From: an uncultured bacterium
GTDB lineage: Bacteria; Oederibacteriota; Oederibacteriia; Oederibacteriales; Oederibacteriaceae
Assembly: GCA_965112635.1 (NCBI GenBank)
Contig: OZ218778.1
Span: 1,280,001-1,344,000 of the forward strand
Direction of reading: 5' to 3'
DNA: 64,000 nt
Within the stretch, counting starts at the first letter, position 1; every line of letters starts with the position of its first letter. The notes beneath the pieces were generated by a model. That model saw only the letters and a list, made by a program, of their open reading frames with translations, was not told the origin of the DNA and ran no database searches. The position numbers were made by a program, and so were the translations under genes. Shown piece by piece: positions 8,152-17,728 of this stretch.

Positions 8152-10506
8152 ATGAATATGCTTTTTAACCAAAAGAAAAAAGCCGGAGTGCGGCTTTTTT
8201 TGGGGGTCATTTTCCTGGTGTTGTTTTTTTTCATGCCCATGCTTCAGAGCGGGCGGGTGTTCTGCTTCAGGGACATTCCCCGGTATTTTTACCCCCTGAA
8301 ATTTTTTGGCGCCTCCCAGCTCCAGCAGGGGAGGATGCCGCTGTGGAACCCTTTGCTCTTCTGCGGGATGCCCTTTTTTGCCAATCTGCAAAGCGCGGTC
8401 CTGTATCCCGTCAGCCTGGTCTGCAACCTGCTGAGCTTCCCTTATTGCTTTAACCTCTACGTGATCCTGCATTTTATCCTGGCGGGATTTTTCATGGCCC
8501 TGCTGGCCCGGGACTGGACGGGCAGAAATTCCAGCGCGTTCCTCTCGGCCGTGACCTTCACCTTCGGGGGGTTTTTGGTATCCGTCATTGACATGAACAG
8601 CACCCTATCCGCCGTTGTTTGGCTGCCTTTGGCGGTCCTGCTGTTCAAAAGGGTTTTGGGCGCCAGGCCAGCCCCCTATTTTTTCTGCGGCAGTCTGGTC
8701 CTGGGCCTTGTTTTCCTCGGCGGAGAGCCCACGGTTTTTGTGGAAACCTTTTTTTTGCTCCTGACCCTGGTCCTGTTCCTGCCTCACCAACCGGAAGAGA
8801 CCGTATGCCGGAGGAGCGACGGGCTGGTAAGATTGGTCCTGTTCTTTAGTTTGGCCCTGGGGGTCGTGGCCTGCCAGGTCTTTCCTTTTATGGAACTTTT
8901 GGGCCGTTCATTAAGGAGCCAGGGGACCCCCATGGACAACGCCATGGCCTGGTCGCTCCCTCCCAAACACCTGCTGACTTTTTTGTTCCCCTTTTTGTTC
9001 GGCAGCCTCAAGGAAGCCAACCATTACACGGGCCAACAGTTATGGCTCAACAGTTTTTACATCGGAATATTGCCTTTTATCCTCTGCCTGGTGGCCCTGA
9101 AAAAAGAAAGCAAGAAAGACGTGCTCTGGCTGTGGTTCGTGGCCCTGACGGGACTGGTCCTGAGCTTGGGCGCCTTTACGCCGGTCTATCCCTGGCTCTA
9201 CGAACATAGCCTCATCTTCAAATGGATACGGTATCCGATCAAATTCATGCTGCTGACCAGCTTCAGCCTGTCCCTCTTGGCCGGCATCGGCTGGGACCAA
9301 TGGCAGAGACAGAGCCTGGAGTTCAAAAGAACGCTGACCAACGGCCTGGTCATCCTGGTCTGCCTGGGGCTCATACTCTTTTTGGTCCTCAATCTGGGCC
9401 GGGAATCCATCATCAGGGTTTTGATCCACGGCAAAAAATATTCCCTTGAGCAGATCTACTTCAGTGTGCAGCAGTACAACCAATACCTGGACCTGGGGCT
9501 GCGGACCCTGGGGATGTTTGCCGCTGTCACCCTCCTCGCTTTTTTGGTACAGAGGGTGGACGGCGCCGGCAAGCTGGCGGGCCTGCTGGCCGTGTGCCTG
9601 GTTTTCGGCGACCTTTATACCGTGCACCACGATTCTTTTCATACCGCTTCGCCCGAGTTTTATACCCAGCCTCCGGCGGTCCTGGCCAAGCTGACCCAAG
9701 AGGGAAGGGTGTATCTGACCAAGGCGGCCGAGGATAAAGGGCATGTGATCTTTGCCGACACTTATGACCAGGCCTTGGAACAGGCCAAGCAATGCTTTTT
9801 CGCCAATACCCTTTCTACCTTTGGGGTTTCCTACGTCACCGGCTATGATTCCCTGACCCGGCAGGACTATGAGCAATACACCGCCCTGCTGGAAGTGTCG
9901 CCTCTGGAAAAGTCACGGCTGCTGGACCTCAGCAACGCGCGCTATGTGGTCTCCACCACTCCCCTGCAGGATAAAAAGTTCAACCTGGTCTACCAGGGAC
10001 CGTCCCTGGTCTACGAAAACAAGGGGGCGCTGGCGCGGGTTTTCGGGGTGGGCCGGGCAGTGACCATAAAATCCAGAATGGCGGTCTTAAAAGCAATGTC
10101 CAGCCCGGACTTTGACCCGAGCCGGACCGTGATCCTCGAACAAGGAGATTCCGAAGGGGCCAGCGGGACGGCGTGGCCAAAGCCGGCTCTGGCAGAGGTC
10201 ATGGAAGACCAGGGAGACCAGGTCAGACTGGGAGCCAGCATGCCGGATAATGGGTGGGTGGTGCTGGGGGACTCCTATTATCCCGGATGGCAGGCCCAGG
10301 TGAACGGCAAACCCGCCGCGGTTTTACGCGCCAACGGATCTTTCAGGGCCGTGGCGGTCCCCAAAGGGTTGTATGAAATCGTCCTCTCTTACGAACCTGT
10401 CTGGTTCAAGCGGGGTTTGTGGGTGAGCGGGGCGGCCCTGCTGTTGTGTTTCGCGGGTGGTTTGTCCTGCCTGTCCCGGCCCGGTTCATGCCGGAGGAAA
10501 ACATGA
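8152..10506 (+). CDS. YfhO-family GT-C membrane glycosyltransferase (paralog 1)
   Basis: RDIPRYFYP, PLWNPLLFCGMPFFAN..LYP, IRYPIKF; C-terminal DSYYPGWQAQVNG..ANGSFRAVAVP-G..YEP. Confidence 0.85.
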   Translation: MNMLFNQKKKAGVRLFLGVIFLVLFFFMPMLQSGRVFCFRDIPRYFYPLKFFGASQLQQGRMPLWNPLLFCGMPFFANLQSAVLYPVSLVCNLLSFPYCFNLYVILHFILAGFFMALLARDWTGRNSSAFLSAVTFTFGGFLVSVIDMNSTLSAVVWLPLAVLLFKRVLGARPAPYFFCGSLVLGLVFLGGEPTVFVETFFLLLTLVLFLPHQPEETVCRRSDGLVRLVLFFSLALGVVACQVFPFMELLGRSLRSQGTPMDNAMAWSLPPKHLLTFLFPFLFGSLKEANHYTGQQLWLNSFYIGILPFILCLVALKKESKKDVLWLWFVALTGLVLSLGAFTPVYPWLYEHSLIFKWIRYPIKFMLLTSFSLSLLAGIGWDQWQRQSLEFKRTLTNGLVILVCLGLILFLVLNLGRESIIRVLIHGKKYSLEQIYFSVQQYNQYLDLGLRTLGMFAAVTLLAFLVQRVDGAGKLAGLLAVCLVFGDLYTVHHDSFHTASPEFYTQPPAVLAKLTQEGRVYLTKAAEDKGHVIFADTYDQALEQAKQCFFANTLSTFGVSYVTGYDSLTRQDYEQYTALLEVSPLEKSRLLDLSNARYVVSTTPLQDKKFNLVYQGPSLVYENKGALARVFGVGRAVTIKSRMAVLKAMSSPDFDPSRTVILEQGDSEGASGTAWPKPALAEVMEDQGDQVRLGASMPDNGWVVLGDSYYPGWQAQVNGKPAAVLRANGSFRAVAVPKGLYEIVLSYEPVWFKRGLWVSGAALLLCFAGGLSCLSRPGSCRRKT

Positions 10507-11813
10507 AAACTGCCAAATTGTTCTTGCCTCTGTGCCTTTTATTTTTATGCAGGTTGTTACCAGCTGAGGAAAATCTTTTTCCGGTCCAGGATATTTTTGG
10601 CCACGAGCATTATGTGCACTCCCTGGTGCTGAGCCAGGATGGCAAGTTCCTGGTGTCCGGAGACGGGATGGGGGTCGTGAGGCTGTGGAAGCTTCCGGAG
10701 TGCCAGCCCATCGCCAGCGTGCAAGGCCATCCTTACCATATCTATGCCCTGGCATTGAACCAGGCCGGCGACCAGCTTTTCACGGCCAGCGCGGACAAGG
10801 TGGTCAAGGTTTGGCGGGTCAATCCGCAGGAACATTCTGAAGCGGCGTTGAAGTTTATCACCAGGCTGGAAGGCCATCTAGACAAGGTCTGGGCCGTAGT
10901 CCTCAATGAAGACGCCAAGGAGATCTATACGGCTGGATGGGACGATACTATCGTCGTCTGGAACTGGGCAGACTGGTCCATCAAAACGACCCAGCAGGCG
11001 GGCCAAGGCGGGGTCATGTGCCTGGCCTTGAGCCCGGACCGCAAAACGCTTTATTCAGGCGGCCGGGACGGTTCCATCAAGGTCTGGAACCTGGCGGATA
11101 GAAAGACGACCCAGATGCTGACCGGCCATCGGGATTGGGTGCAATCCCTAGGGGTGAGCCCTGACGGGAAATGGCTGGTCTCAGGCAGCAAAGACACGAC
11201 TGCGGCTGTGTGGGCCCTGCCCGAGGGCAAGTTAACCCAACTTTTCCAGGGCCATACCGGGGACGTGATGGCCGCGCTCTTCACCCCGGACAACCAATTT
11301 GTCGTGACCGCCAGCCAGGATACCACGCTCAAACTGTGGGACCTGCCCGAGGGAGACCTGCTGGCGACCCTCAAGGGTCATCAGGCGACCGTGCTTTCTC
11401 TGGCTTTGTCCCAAGACGGGCGCTGGCTTTATTCCGGGAGCGAAGACAAGACCATCAAAAGATGGGACCTCGCCTGCCTGAACAGTTACGGGGCCCATAT
11501 TAAAAAAGGGGATGAACTGCTGAAAACCAAGAGCCCGGAAAATATTTCCTGGGCCATCGGCGAATTTGAGGCGGCGGTCCAGGCTTTTCCGGTCAGCCAG
11601 GCTAAGCTCAGACTGTCCAAGGCATTTGACGCCCAACGAGAATTAACTTATGACATTTTTTTTAAAAAAGGCCTGGACTGCCTGAAGAGAAAGACCAAGA
11701 AAAACCTGACACGGGCGGTCTTTTATTTTGACAAGGCGGTCAGTGTTTCTCCGACCGCGGAGGCCAAGGAAAAATTGGCCTACGCCCAAAAGGCCCTGAA
11801 GGCAAAGAAGTAA
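10503..11813 (+). CDS. Exported WD40-repeat protein with helical (TPR-like) C-terminal extension
   Basis: About 7 GH..SGS.D.TIK.WD repeats; signal-peptide-like N-terminus. Start moved to ATG 10503 (GGAGGA SD, ATGA overlap with the upstream stop). Confidence 0.85.
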   Translation: MKTAKLFLPLCLLFLCRLLPAEENLFPVQDIFGHEHYVHSLVLSQDGKFLVSGDGMGVVRLWKLPECQPIASVQGHPYHIYALALNQAGDQLFTASADKVVKVWRVNPQEHSEAALKFITRLEGHLDKVWAVVLNEDAKEIYTAGWDDTIVVWNWADWSIKTTQQAGQGGVMCLALSPDRKTLYSGGRDGSIKVWNLADRKTTQMLTGHRDWVQSLGVSPDGKWLVSGSKDTTAAVWALPEGKLTQLFQGHTGDVMAALFTPDNQFVVTASQDTTLKLWDLPEGDLLATLKGHQATVLSLALSQDGRWLYSGSEDKTIKRWDLACLNSYGAHIKKGDELLKTKSPENISWAIGEFEAAVQAFPVSQAKLRLSKAFDAQRELTYDIFFKKGLDCLKRKTKKNLTRAVFYFDKAVSVSPTAEAKEKLAYAQKALKAKK

Positions 11814-11831
11814 AAGGTCCAGAGGAGAGAT

Positions 11832-13919
11832 ATGGCCTCGAGAAAAAAAGAAGCGGTTGTATTGTTCCTGATCGCCAGCGTCACCGGGTTGTTCTACTGG
11901 CGGCTGGTCTCCTGGGACAAGGTCGCCTGCAGCCACGACCTGCTGGCGTTTTTTTATCCTTATAAGTATTTCCTGGGACAAAGCCTGCAACAGGGGCAGA
12001 TCCCTTTGTGGAACCCGTACACCTACAGCGGCACGCCCTTCATGGCCAACCTGGCCTCGGGTGTGTTTTATCCCTTTAACCTTTTGTTCTGTTTGTGGAC
12101 ATTTGTCCCGGCCATGAACCTTTTTTTCTTGTTGCATTGTTTTTTGACGGGTTACTTCACTTACTTGTTCCTCCGCTCGCTGAATTTGACCCGGTGGTCC
12201 GGTTTTTTGGGCGGGGTGGTGGTCATGGGCTGCGGGAGTTTCAGCAGCCAGCTGGAGTGGCTGGGCGTCATCGCTTCCTGGCCGTGGGTGCCCCTGTGCT
12301 TTTTCATCTTGGAAAAGGCGCTGACCAGCAAACGGCCGCGGGGAATATGGGTCTTTTTGGGGCTGGCCCTTAGCTGGCAGTTCCTGGCCGGACACCCCCA
12401 GGTTTTGTTTTACAATGTCCTGGCACTTTTTTTCTACTATTTGTACCACAGCGTCCAGATCAAAAAGTTCTCGTTTTGGTGGCTGGCCTCTTTGCTGGCC
12501 GCTGGGGTCGTCCTTATCCAGCTGGTGCCTTTTGTGGAGTTCTCCCGCCAGACCATCCGGGGTGCGGGCATTTCCTATGAGGCGGCTATTCAGGGGTCAC
12601 TAGACCCTCGGGACCTGTCCGCTCTCGTCAATCCCTGGCCCGCTCTTTATGGGTTCGCCACGATCAATTCGTGGCAGGTCAGTCTCTATGCCGGGTTGGT
12701 GCCGTGCCTGCTGGCTTTGCTGGCTGTCTTTTTAAAGGCAGGGCGGCCTAAAAACTTTTTTGCTTTGCTTCTGGTGGCCTCCTTGTTCGTTGCCCTGGGC
12801 GTGCATAATCCGCTCTATAAATTTTTATACGACCATTTCCCGCCTTTTCAATATGTACGGCAACCGGTCAAAATACTTTTCCTATGGCATTTTTCCCTGG
12901 CCGTGCTGGCCGCTTACGGTCTGGATTGGATCGCCAGGAGGCCCGGCCGCTACACCTTGATCGCCATGGTCTTGATCCTGGCTGTGGTGATCGATCTGTT
13001 CTACTTCAGCGCTGACCTTTACGCCACCGTGCCTTTTACGGCACTGCAGCGGTCCGTGACAGCCCCTTGTTTGAGCCAGGAGCCTTCCCGTTTTTTTCTC
13101 ACCCCCAAAACGCAACAAAGCTGGTTCGATCTGGGTCTGCCTTCGGACGAAGCGACCCTGCAAAAACAGGCCGATGCCTTGTTCAGCAACTTCTCCATTT
13201 ATTACGGGCTTTGGGATGCGGATGGTTTCGGGTCCATGAGGTTGAAATTGCTGGACGAGGTGCTGGATAAAGTGAAACGCCAAAAAAACCCGAGCGAGAC
13301 CAGGTTGCTGGACCTGCTGGCCGTCAAAAGTATTGTCACTTTTTGGGAACTCAAGGACCCGGAGTTTGCGCTGCTCAAGCTGAGGGCGGCGGAAGGTCCG
13401 GGAGGATCCAGAGAACTGAAGGTGTATCAAAGATCGAGCACCGCGCCCATGGCTTGGATTGCGGACAAGGCCGTTTGGGTCAAGGATTATCCAGAGGCGT
13501 GGGCTGCCATTCAATCGCCCGGTTTCCGTCCTTATGAACAAGTTGTCCTGGTCGGAGACTTGGGCGGGGTGAGCCAGGTGTCTGGAAAAAAGAACAACAG
13601 GCTCCAGGTGGAAGAATGGGGCCCGCAACAGATAAGGCTCAAGGCTTTTTGCGGGAGTCCCTGCTGGGTCGTGGCCAGCTTGCCTTATACGCCGGGATGG
13701 AGGGTTTGGGTAGACCGGCAGGAAAGGCGGTTGTTCCGGGTGGATTACCTATTGCAGGGTCTTTTTCTAGAACCAGGACAACATGATCTTCTGATCAGTT
13801 ATAGGCCAAAATCCTATATTTGGAGCGGCTGGGCCAGCTTTCTATCACTTATTTTTATTGGGTTTGCCGGGGTGTTTTGGCTGAAAACAAGGAAAGCAAA
13901 ACAAAAAACCACGAGATAA
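11832..13919 (+). CDS. YfhO-family GT-C membrane glycosyltransferase (paralog 2)
   Basis: HDLLAFFYP, IPLWNPYTYSGTPFMAN..FYP, LAGHPQ; C-terminal YTPGWRVWVD..PGQH..YRP. Confidence 0.85.
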   Translation: MASRKKEAVVLFLIASVTGLFYWRLVSWDKVACSHDLLAFFYPYKYFLGQSLQQGQIPLWNPYTYSGTPFMANLASGVFYPFNLLFCLWTFVPAMNLFFLLHCFLTGYFTYLFLRSLNLTRWSGFLGGVVVMGCGSFSSQLEWLGVIASWPWVPLCFFILEKALTSKRPRGIWVFLGLALSWQFLAGHPQVLFYNVLALFFYYLYHSVQIKKFSFWWLASLLAAGVVLIQLVPFVEFSRQTIRGAGISYEAAIQGSLDPRDLSALVNPWPALYGFATINSWQVSLYAGLVPCLLALLAVFLKAGRPKNFFALLLVASLFVALGVHNPLYKFLYDHFPPFQYVRQPVKILFLWHFSLAVLAAYGLDWIARRPGRYTLIAMVLILAVVIDLFYFSADLYATVPFTALQRSVTAPCLSQEPSRFFLTPKTQQSWFDLGLPSDEATLQKQADALFSNFSIYYGLWDADGFGSMRLKLLDEVLDKVKRQKNPSETRLLDLLAVKSIVTFWELKDPEFALLKLRAAEGPGGSRELKVYQRSSTAPMAWIADKAVWVKDYPEAWAAIQSPGFRPYEQVVLVGDLGGVSQVSGKKNNRLQVEEWGPQQIRLKAFCGSPCWVVASLPYTPGWRVWVDRQERRLFRVDYLLQGLFLEPGQHDLLISYRPKSYIWSGWASFLSLIFIGFAGVFWLKTRKAKQKTTR

Positions 13920-13949
13920 ATTCCTGGTAAATGGGCAGAAAAAACATAG

Positions 13950-13977
13950 TTGAGTATTTGGGGTTTGATGGTAAAAT
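13950..13977 (+). promoter_or_regulatory. Putative sigma70 promoter of pilin copy 1
   Basis: TTGAGT (13950-55), 16-nt spacer, TG-n-TAAAAT extended -10 (13969-77) in an AT-rich intergenic region. Confidence 0.5.
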
Positions 13978-14028
13978 TGTAACAGATTTATATATTTCAT
14001 AATTCTCAAAGGGAAAGGGGTGATTACA

Positions 14029-14472
14029 ATGAAGAGGAGCGAGAGAGGTTTTACCTTGATCGAACTAATGATCGTTGTGGCCATAATCGGTATCTTGGCA
14101 GCCATAGCTATTCCTAAATTTGCATCGATGTTAGAGAAGTCGAGGGAAGGAAGCACGAAAGGTAACGTGGGAGCCATCCGTTCGGCCTTGGCCATTTATT
14201 ATGGAGACAGGGAAGGTGTTTGGCCGACGACTTTGAACAACAACACTTGGACCAGTTACCTCATGTCCTCGTACCTGGATAAGATGCCTATGGTGGTGTG
14301 CACCCACAGCGGACTAGGGACAAGCCCGGTAGGAGCCAATGTTGCTTATATCGCTGGTAACGCGGTTCCAGTAGCACCGAGCACGGGTTGGGCCTATGAC
14401 AGCGTGTACGGCAGGATGTATGTGAACAGCTGTTATCAGGACACCAAGGGTATATCGTACACAGCTTATTGA
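14029..14472 (+). CDS. Type IV pilin (prepilin, copy 1)
   Basis: MKRSERG|FTLIELMIVVAIIGILAAIAIPKF cleavage/methylation motif with E5; two Cys. ATG 14029 follows an AAGGGGTGA SD. Confidence 0.93.
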   Translation: MKRSERGFTLIELMIVVAIIGILAAIAIPKFASMLEKSREGSTKGNVGAIRSALAIYYGDREGVWPTTLNNNTWTSYLMSSYLDKMPMVVCTHSGLGTSPVGANVAYIAGNAVPVAPSTGWAYDSVYGRMYVNSCYQDTKGISYTAY

Positions 14473-14493
14473 TTTTGTTTTGAAGGAATGAGG

Positions 14494-14534
14494 AAGAGCA
14501 CAAGCGGGTTAAAACCTGCTTGTGCTCTTTTTTT
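14494..14534 (+). terminator. Rho-independent terminator after pilin copy 1
   Basis: AAGAGCACAAGCGGGTT-AA-AACCTGCTTGTGCTCTT stem followed by a T run. Confidence 0.88.
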
Positions 14535-14702
14535 ATGATGCAATCATCTGTCGAGTTAAAATCTTTTGTGTTTCCAGTGCTTTTTAATATGATGGTTTGA
14601 TACAAAATGATACACATTCCATCATTGTGATTTAACAACACAGTGCTAACATTATATCAGATTGATATTTGTTAAAACTTTCAAGTAAAGGGGGTGATCA
14701 TG

Positions 14703-15146
14703 ATGAAGAGGAGCGAGAGAGGTTTTACCTTGATCGAACTAATGATCGTTGTAGCCATAATCGGTATCTTGGCAGCCATAGCTATTCCTAAATTTGCATC
14801 GATGTTAGAGAAGTCAAGGGAAGGAAGCACGAAAGGTAACGTGGGAGCCATCCGTTCGGCCTTGGCCATTTATTATGGAGACAGGGAAGGTATTTGGCCG
14901 ACGACTTTGAATAATACTAGCTGGACGTCCTATCTGATGTCTTCGTACCTAGATAAGATGCCCATGGTGGTGTGCACCCACAGTGGACTAGGGACAAGCC
15001 CGGTAGGAGCCAATGTTGCTTATATCGCTGGGGATGCGGTTCCAGTAGCACCGAGCACGGGTTGGGCCTATGACAGCGTGTACGGCAGGATGTATGTGAA
15101 CAGCTGTTATCAGGACACCAAGGGTATATCGTACACAGCTTATTGA
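14703..15146 (+). CDS. Type IV pilin (prepilin, copy 2)
   Basis: Same prepilin motif; differs from copy 1 at 4 mature residues (V57I, N65T, T66S, N104D). Confidence 0.93.
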   Translation: MKRSERGFTLIELMIVVAIIGILAAIAIPKFASMLEKSREGSTKGNVGAIRSALAIYYGDREGIWPTTLNNTSWTSYLMSSYLDKMPMVVCTHSGLGTSPVGANVAYIAGDAVPVAPSTGWAYDSVYGRMYVNSCYQDTKGISYTAY

Positions 15147-15167
15147 TTTTGTTTTGAAGGAATGAGG

Positions 15168-15208
15168 AAGAGCACAAGCGGGTTAAAACCTGCTTGTGCT
15201 CTTTTTTT
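15168..15208 (+). terminator. Rho-independent terminator after pilin copy 2
   Basis: Identical to the hairpin and T run at 14494-14534. Confidence 0.88.
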
Positions 15209-15321
15209 ATGGTTGGGCTGGAACGGCGGATGGAAAGGGAAGCGAAGCTATTTAGAGTGTGATAAAATCCGTTTTGAAGCAATTGTGCAGTCTTAAAAGA
15301 TTATTTATATTGAGGAGCTAT

Positions 15322-16254
15322 ATGAAGGTCCTGGTCACTGGGGGTGCCGGGTTTATCGGATCCCATCTGTGTGAATATCTGGTGCTCAATGGCCATGAAG
15401 TAACCTGCTTGGACAATCTCAGCACGGGTAACAAAGCCAATATCCGTTTCCTGCTTTCCCTCAAGCGATTCCGTTTCATAAACCAGGATGTCAACCTGCC
15501 CCTCAACATCCCGGTGGAGGCCATCTTTCATATGGCCAGTCCGGCCAGCCCTCCCCAGTATATTAAACGGGCCGTGGCCACGATGCTGACCAATTCCATG
15601 GGGACCTACCGGATGCTGGAGTTAGCCCGGCGGCACCGGACAAAGTTTTTGATGGCCTCCACTTCCGAGATCTACGGGGAGCCGTTGCGGCATCCCCAGG
15701 TGGAAACCGATTGGGGACAGGTTAACCCAATCGGGGTCAGAAGTTGTTATGACGAATCCAAGAGATTCTCCGAAGCACTGACCATGGAGTTCCTGAGAAA
15801 ATACAACTTGGACGTCAGGATCGCCAGGATATTCAACACCTATGGGCCGCGTTTGGACCCCCAGGACGGCAGGGTGATCTCCAATTTTATCGTGCAGGCC
15901 TTGCATGGCCGGCCTTTGACCATCTACGGCAAAGGAGACCAAACCAGGAGTTTTTGTTTTGTGTCGGACCTGGTAAGGGGACTGTATCTGGCCATGTTCA
16001 TGGACCGCACCAAGGGAGAAGTTTTTAACCTGGGCAACCCGGAGGAATACACTGTCCTGGAATGCGCCAGGATGGTCCAGCGGTTCATCCCCCGGTCCAA
16101 AGGGCTGATTCGTAAACCCCTGCCGTCGGATGACCCGACGAGGCGGCGGCCTGACATTCGCAAGGCCAAAAAGGTTTTAAAGTGGGAACCCAAGGTGTCC
16201 TTTGAAAAGGGGCTTTTGAGGACCATCGAGTGGTTCAAAGAGCAACGAAGTTAG
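15322..16254 (+). CDS. UDP-glucuronate decarboxylase (UDP-xylose synthase)-family SDR
   Basis: VTGGAGFIGSHL, HMASPASP, STSEIYG, RSCYDESKR, RIFNTYGPR and DDPTRRRPDI; ATG 15322 after GAGGAG. Confidence 0.9.
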   Translation: MKVLVTGGAGFIGSHLCEYLVLNGHEVTCLDNLSTGNKANIRFLLSLKRFRFINQDVNLPLNIPVEAIFHMASPASPPQYIKRAVATMLTNSMGTYRMLELARRHRTKFLMASTSEIYGEPLRHPQVETDWGQVNPIGVRSCYDESKRFSEALTMEFLRKYNLDVRIARIFNTYGPRLDPQDGRVISNFIVQALHGRPLTIYGKGDQTRSFCFVSDLVRGLYLAMFMDRTKGEVFNLGNPEEYTVLECARMVQRFIPRSKGLIRKPLPSDDPTRRRPDIRKAKKVLKWEPKVSFEKGLLRTIEWFKEQRS

Positions 16255-16302
16255 TTTCGCGCTATACTAAAATCTAACTTACCTTTTGGTTAGGGGCAAA
16301 AA

Positions 16303-17715
16303 TTGGGCAAAAAATCCATAGGAATATTTTTAAATTTTCTTTTGTTTATTATTTTGTTTCCTTTTTCAGCCATTGGTCAAACCAATACTCCTACGCCCTT
16401 CCTTGATGCCGGCATCAACTGGGTTTCCATGACCAATAATGCGAATTTCACCCCGCGATGCGCACAGACCAACCTTGTGTTCAATGACCTTCTATGGACC
16501 ATTGCAGGGTCAGACCTATCCAGTTATTTTAGCGATGTTTGGTACTCCTCGGATGGCATCACCTGGACCCGGGCATCCACAGGGCAGTTTCCTGGCCGTT
16601 ATTATCATAAAAGCCTCGTTTACAATAACAAAATGTGGGTGATCGGTGGAATGCAAACGAATATCCTGAATGTTTTTAGCGATGTTTGGAATTCCTCTGA
16701 TGGAATTACTTGGACTGAGGTCACGCCCACTGCCACCTTTGGACCCCGAGAAAACGCTGGCGCGGTCGTATTCAACGGAAAAATGTGGATCGTCGCAGGA
16801 TTGGCCAACGGCGTTTACAAAAACGATGTTTGGTCTTCCACGGACGGCATCACCTGGGCGCAGTCACCGGCAACCGCTTTTCCCGTGAGAGCGGGCCATA
16901 CTTTAGTCGTGTTCAACAATAAGATGTGGATCATTGGGGGCACTCAGGGTGGGCCATCCATTCTTTCGGACGTGCTTTCTTCGCCCGACGGAACAACCTG
17001 GACGACTGCCATCAATCCATTTCCTTTAGGAGGAAGAGCCGACCATTCCTGCATTGTTTATAATAATGAAATGTGGGTCATTGGGGGTTACAACGCAGGC
17101 TGCCTCAAAGATGTTTGGTATTCTTCCGACGGTTCCACCTGGAACGAAGCGACCGCAAACGCCCAGTTCGGCATCCGTTACAACCATGACAGTGTCGTCT
17201 ATAACAACAATATCTGGATGATCGCAGGGGCCCAGACCCTGACTTCGAGTTTCTATAACGATGTATGGTCCTCTCCTCCAAGCTATACCCCGACCCCGGC
17301 AGTGACCAATACCCCAACGGGTACCATCACCCAGACCGTTTCCATGACCCCGACACCCTCCCAAACTGTTACCGCGGCTCCTACGTCAACGACGACCCTG
17401 ACCTTTACCATCACGTCAACTTTCACGCCCACGCCCCTCCCTGCGGAAACCTATCTCTATCCCTCTCCGGCAAAAGGAGATAGTGCGAAGATATATTGCC
17501 GGTTACCGCAAGATGGAAGAGTGAAGCTGCTGGTTTATAACGAGGCGGGGGATCTAGTCGCTAAAATGGAAGAGGCTTATCAAGCAGGTGTCTGGACCTT
17601 TAATATGCCCCTTAAAGATTTTGCCCAGGGTGTATATTTTTACACCCTGCGGCTTAACTACAATTCTGGTTCGTCGGATTTATTGGGTCCCAAGCGGTTC
17701 GTCGTAATCCATTAA
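16303..17715 (+). CDS. Secreted kelch/Asp-box-like beta-propeller protein with Thr/Pro linker and T9SS type-A-like C-terminal sorting domain
   Basis: Signal peptide; six ~49-aa repeats (VYNNKMWVIGG..DVWxSSDGITWT); TPTP-rich linker; C-terminal YPSPAKG..VYNEAGDLV..GVYFY..KRFVVIH. Confidence 0.78.
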   Translation: MGKKSIGIFLNFLLFIILFPFSAIGQTNTPTPFLDAGINWVSMTNNANFTPRCAQTNLVFNDLLWTIAGSDLSSYFSDVWYSSDGITWTRASTGQFPGRYYHKSLVYNNKMWVIGGMQTNILNVFSDVWNSSDGITWTEVTPTATFGPRENAGAVVFNGKMWIVAGLANGVYKNDVWSSTDGITWAQSPATAFPVRAGHTLVVFNNKMWIIGGTQGGPSILSDVLSSPDGTTWTTAINPFPLGGRADHSCIVYNNEMWVIGGYNAGCLKDVWYSSDGSTWNEATANAQFGIRYNHDSVVYNNNIWMIAGAQTLTSSFYNDVWSSPPSYTPTPAVTNTPTGTITQTVSMTPTPSQTVTAAPTSTTTLTFTITSTFTPTPLPAETYLYPSPAKGDSAKIYCRLPQDGRVKLLVYNEAGDLVAKMEEAYQAGVWTFNMPLKDFAQGVYFYTLRLNYNSGSSDLLGPKRFVVIH

Positions 17716-17728
17716 GCAGGGGTGCAAC

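Larger units (their letters stand above)
14014..15211 (+). repeat. Tandem direct duplication (~0.52-kb unit, 674-nt offset) of the pilin gene plus terminator
   Basis: 14014-14537 vs 14688-15211; 22 nt differences over the 444-nt CDS by manual alignment; the last 176 nt are identical. Confidence 0.95.

Noticed and set aside
14050-14472. Electrically conductive (e-)pilin: 16 F/W/Y in 140 mature residues, Geobacter-like N-terminus
   Set aside because: Position 27 is Met, there is a 25-residue aromatic-free gap, no cytochromes are nearby, and the criterion itself is weak.
14029-15146. Pilin pair as a diversity-generating retroelement TR/VR
   Set aside because: Differences are not adenine-specific (many C/T synonymous changes), both copies are full genes, and no reverse transcriptase is in the window.
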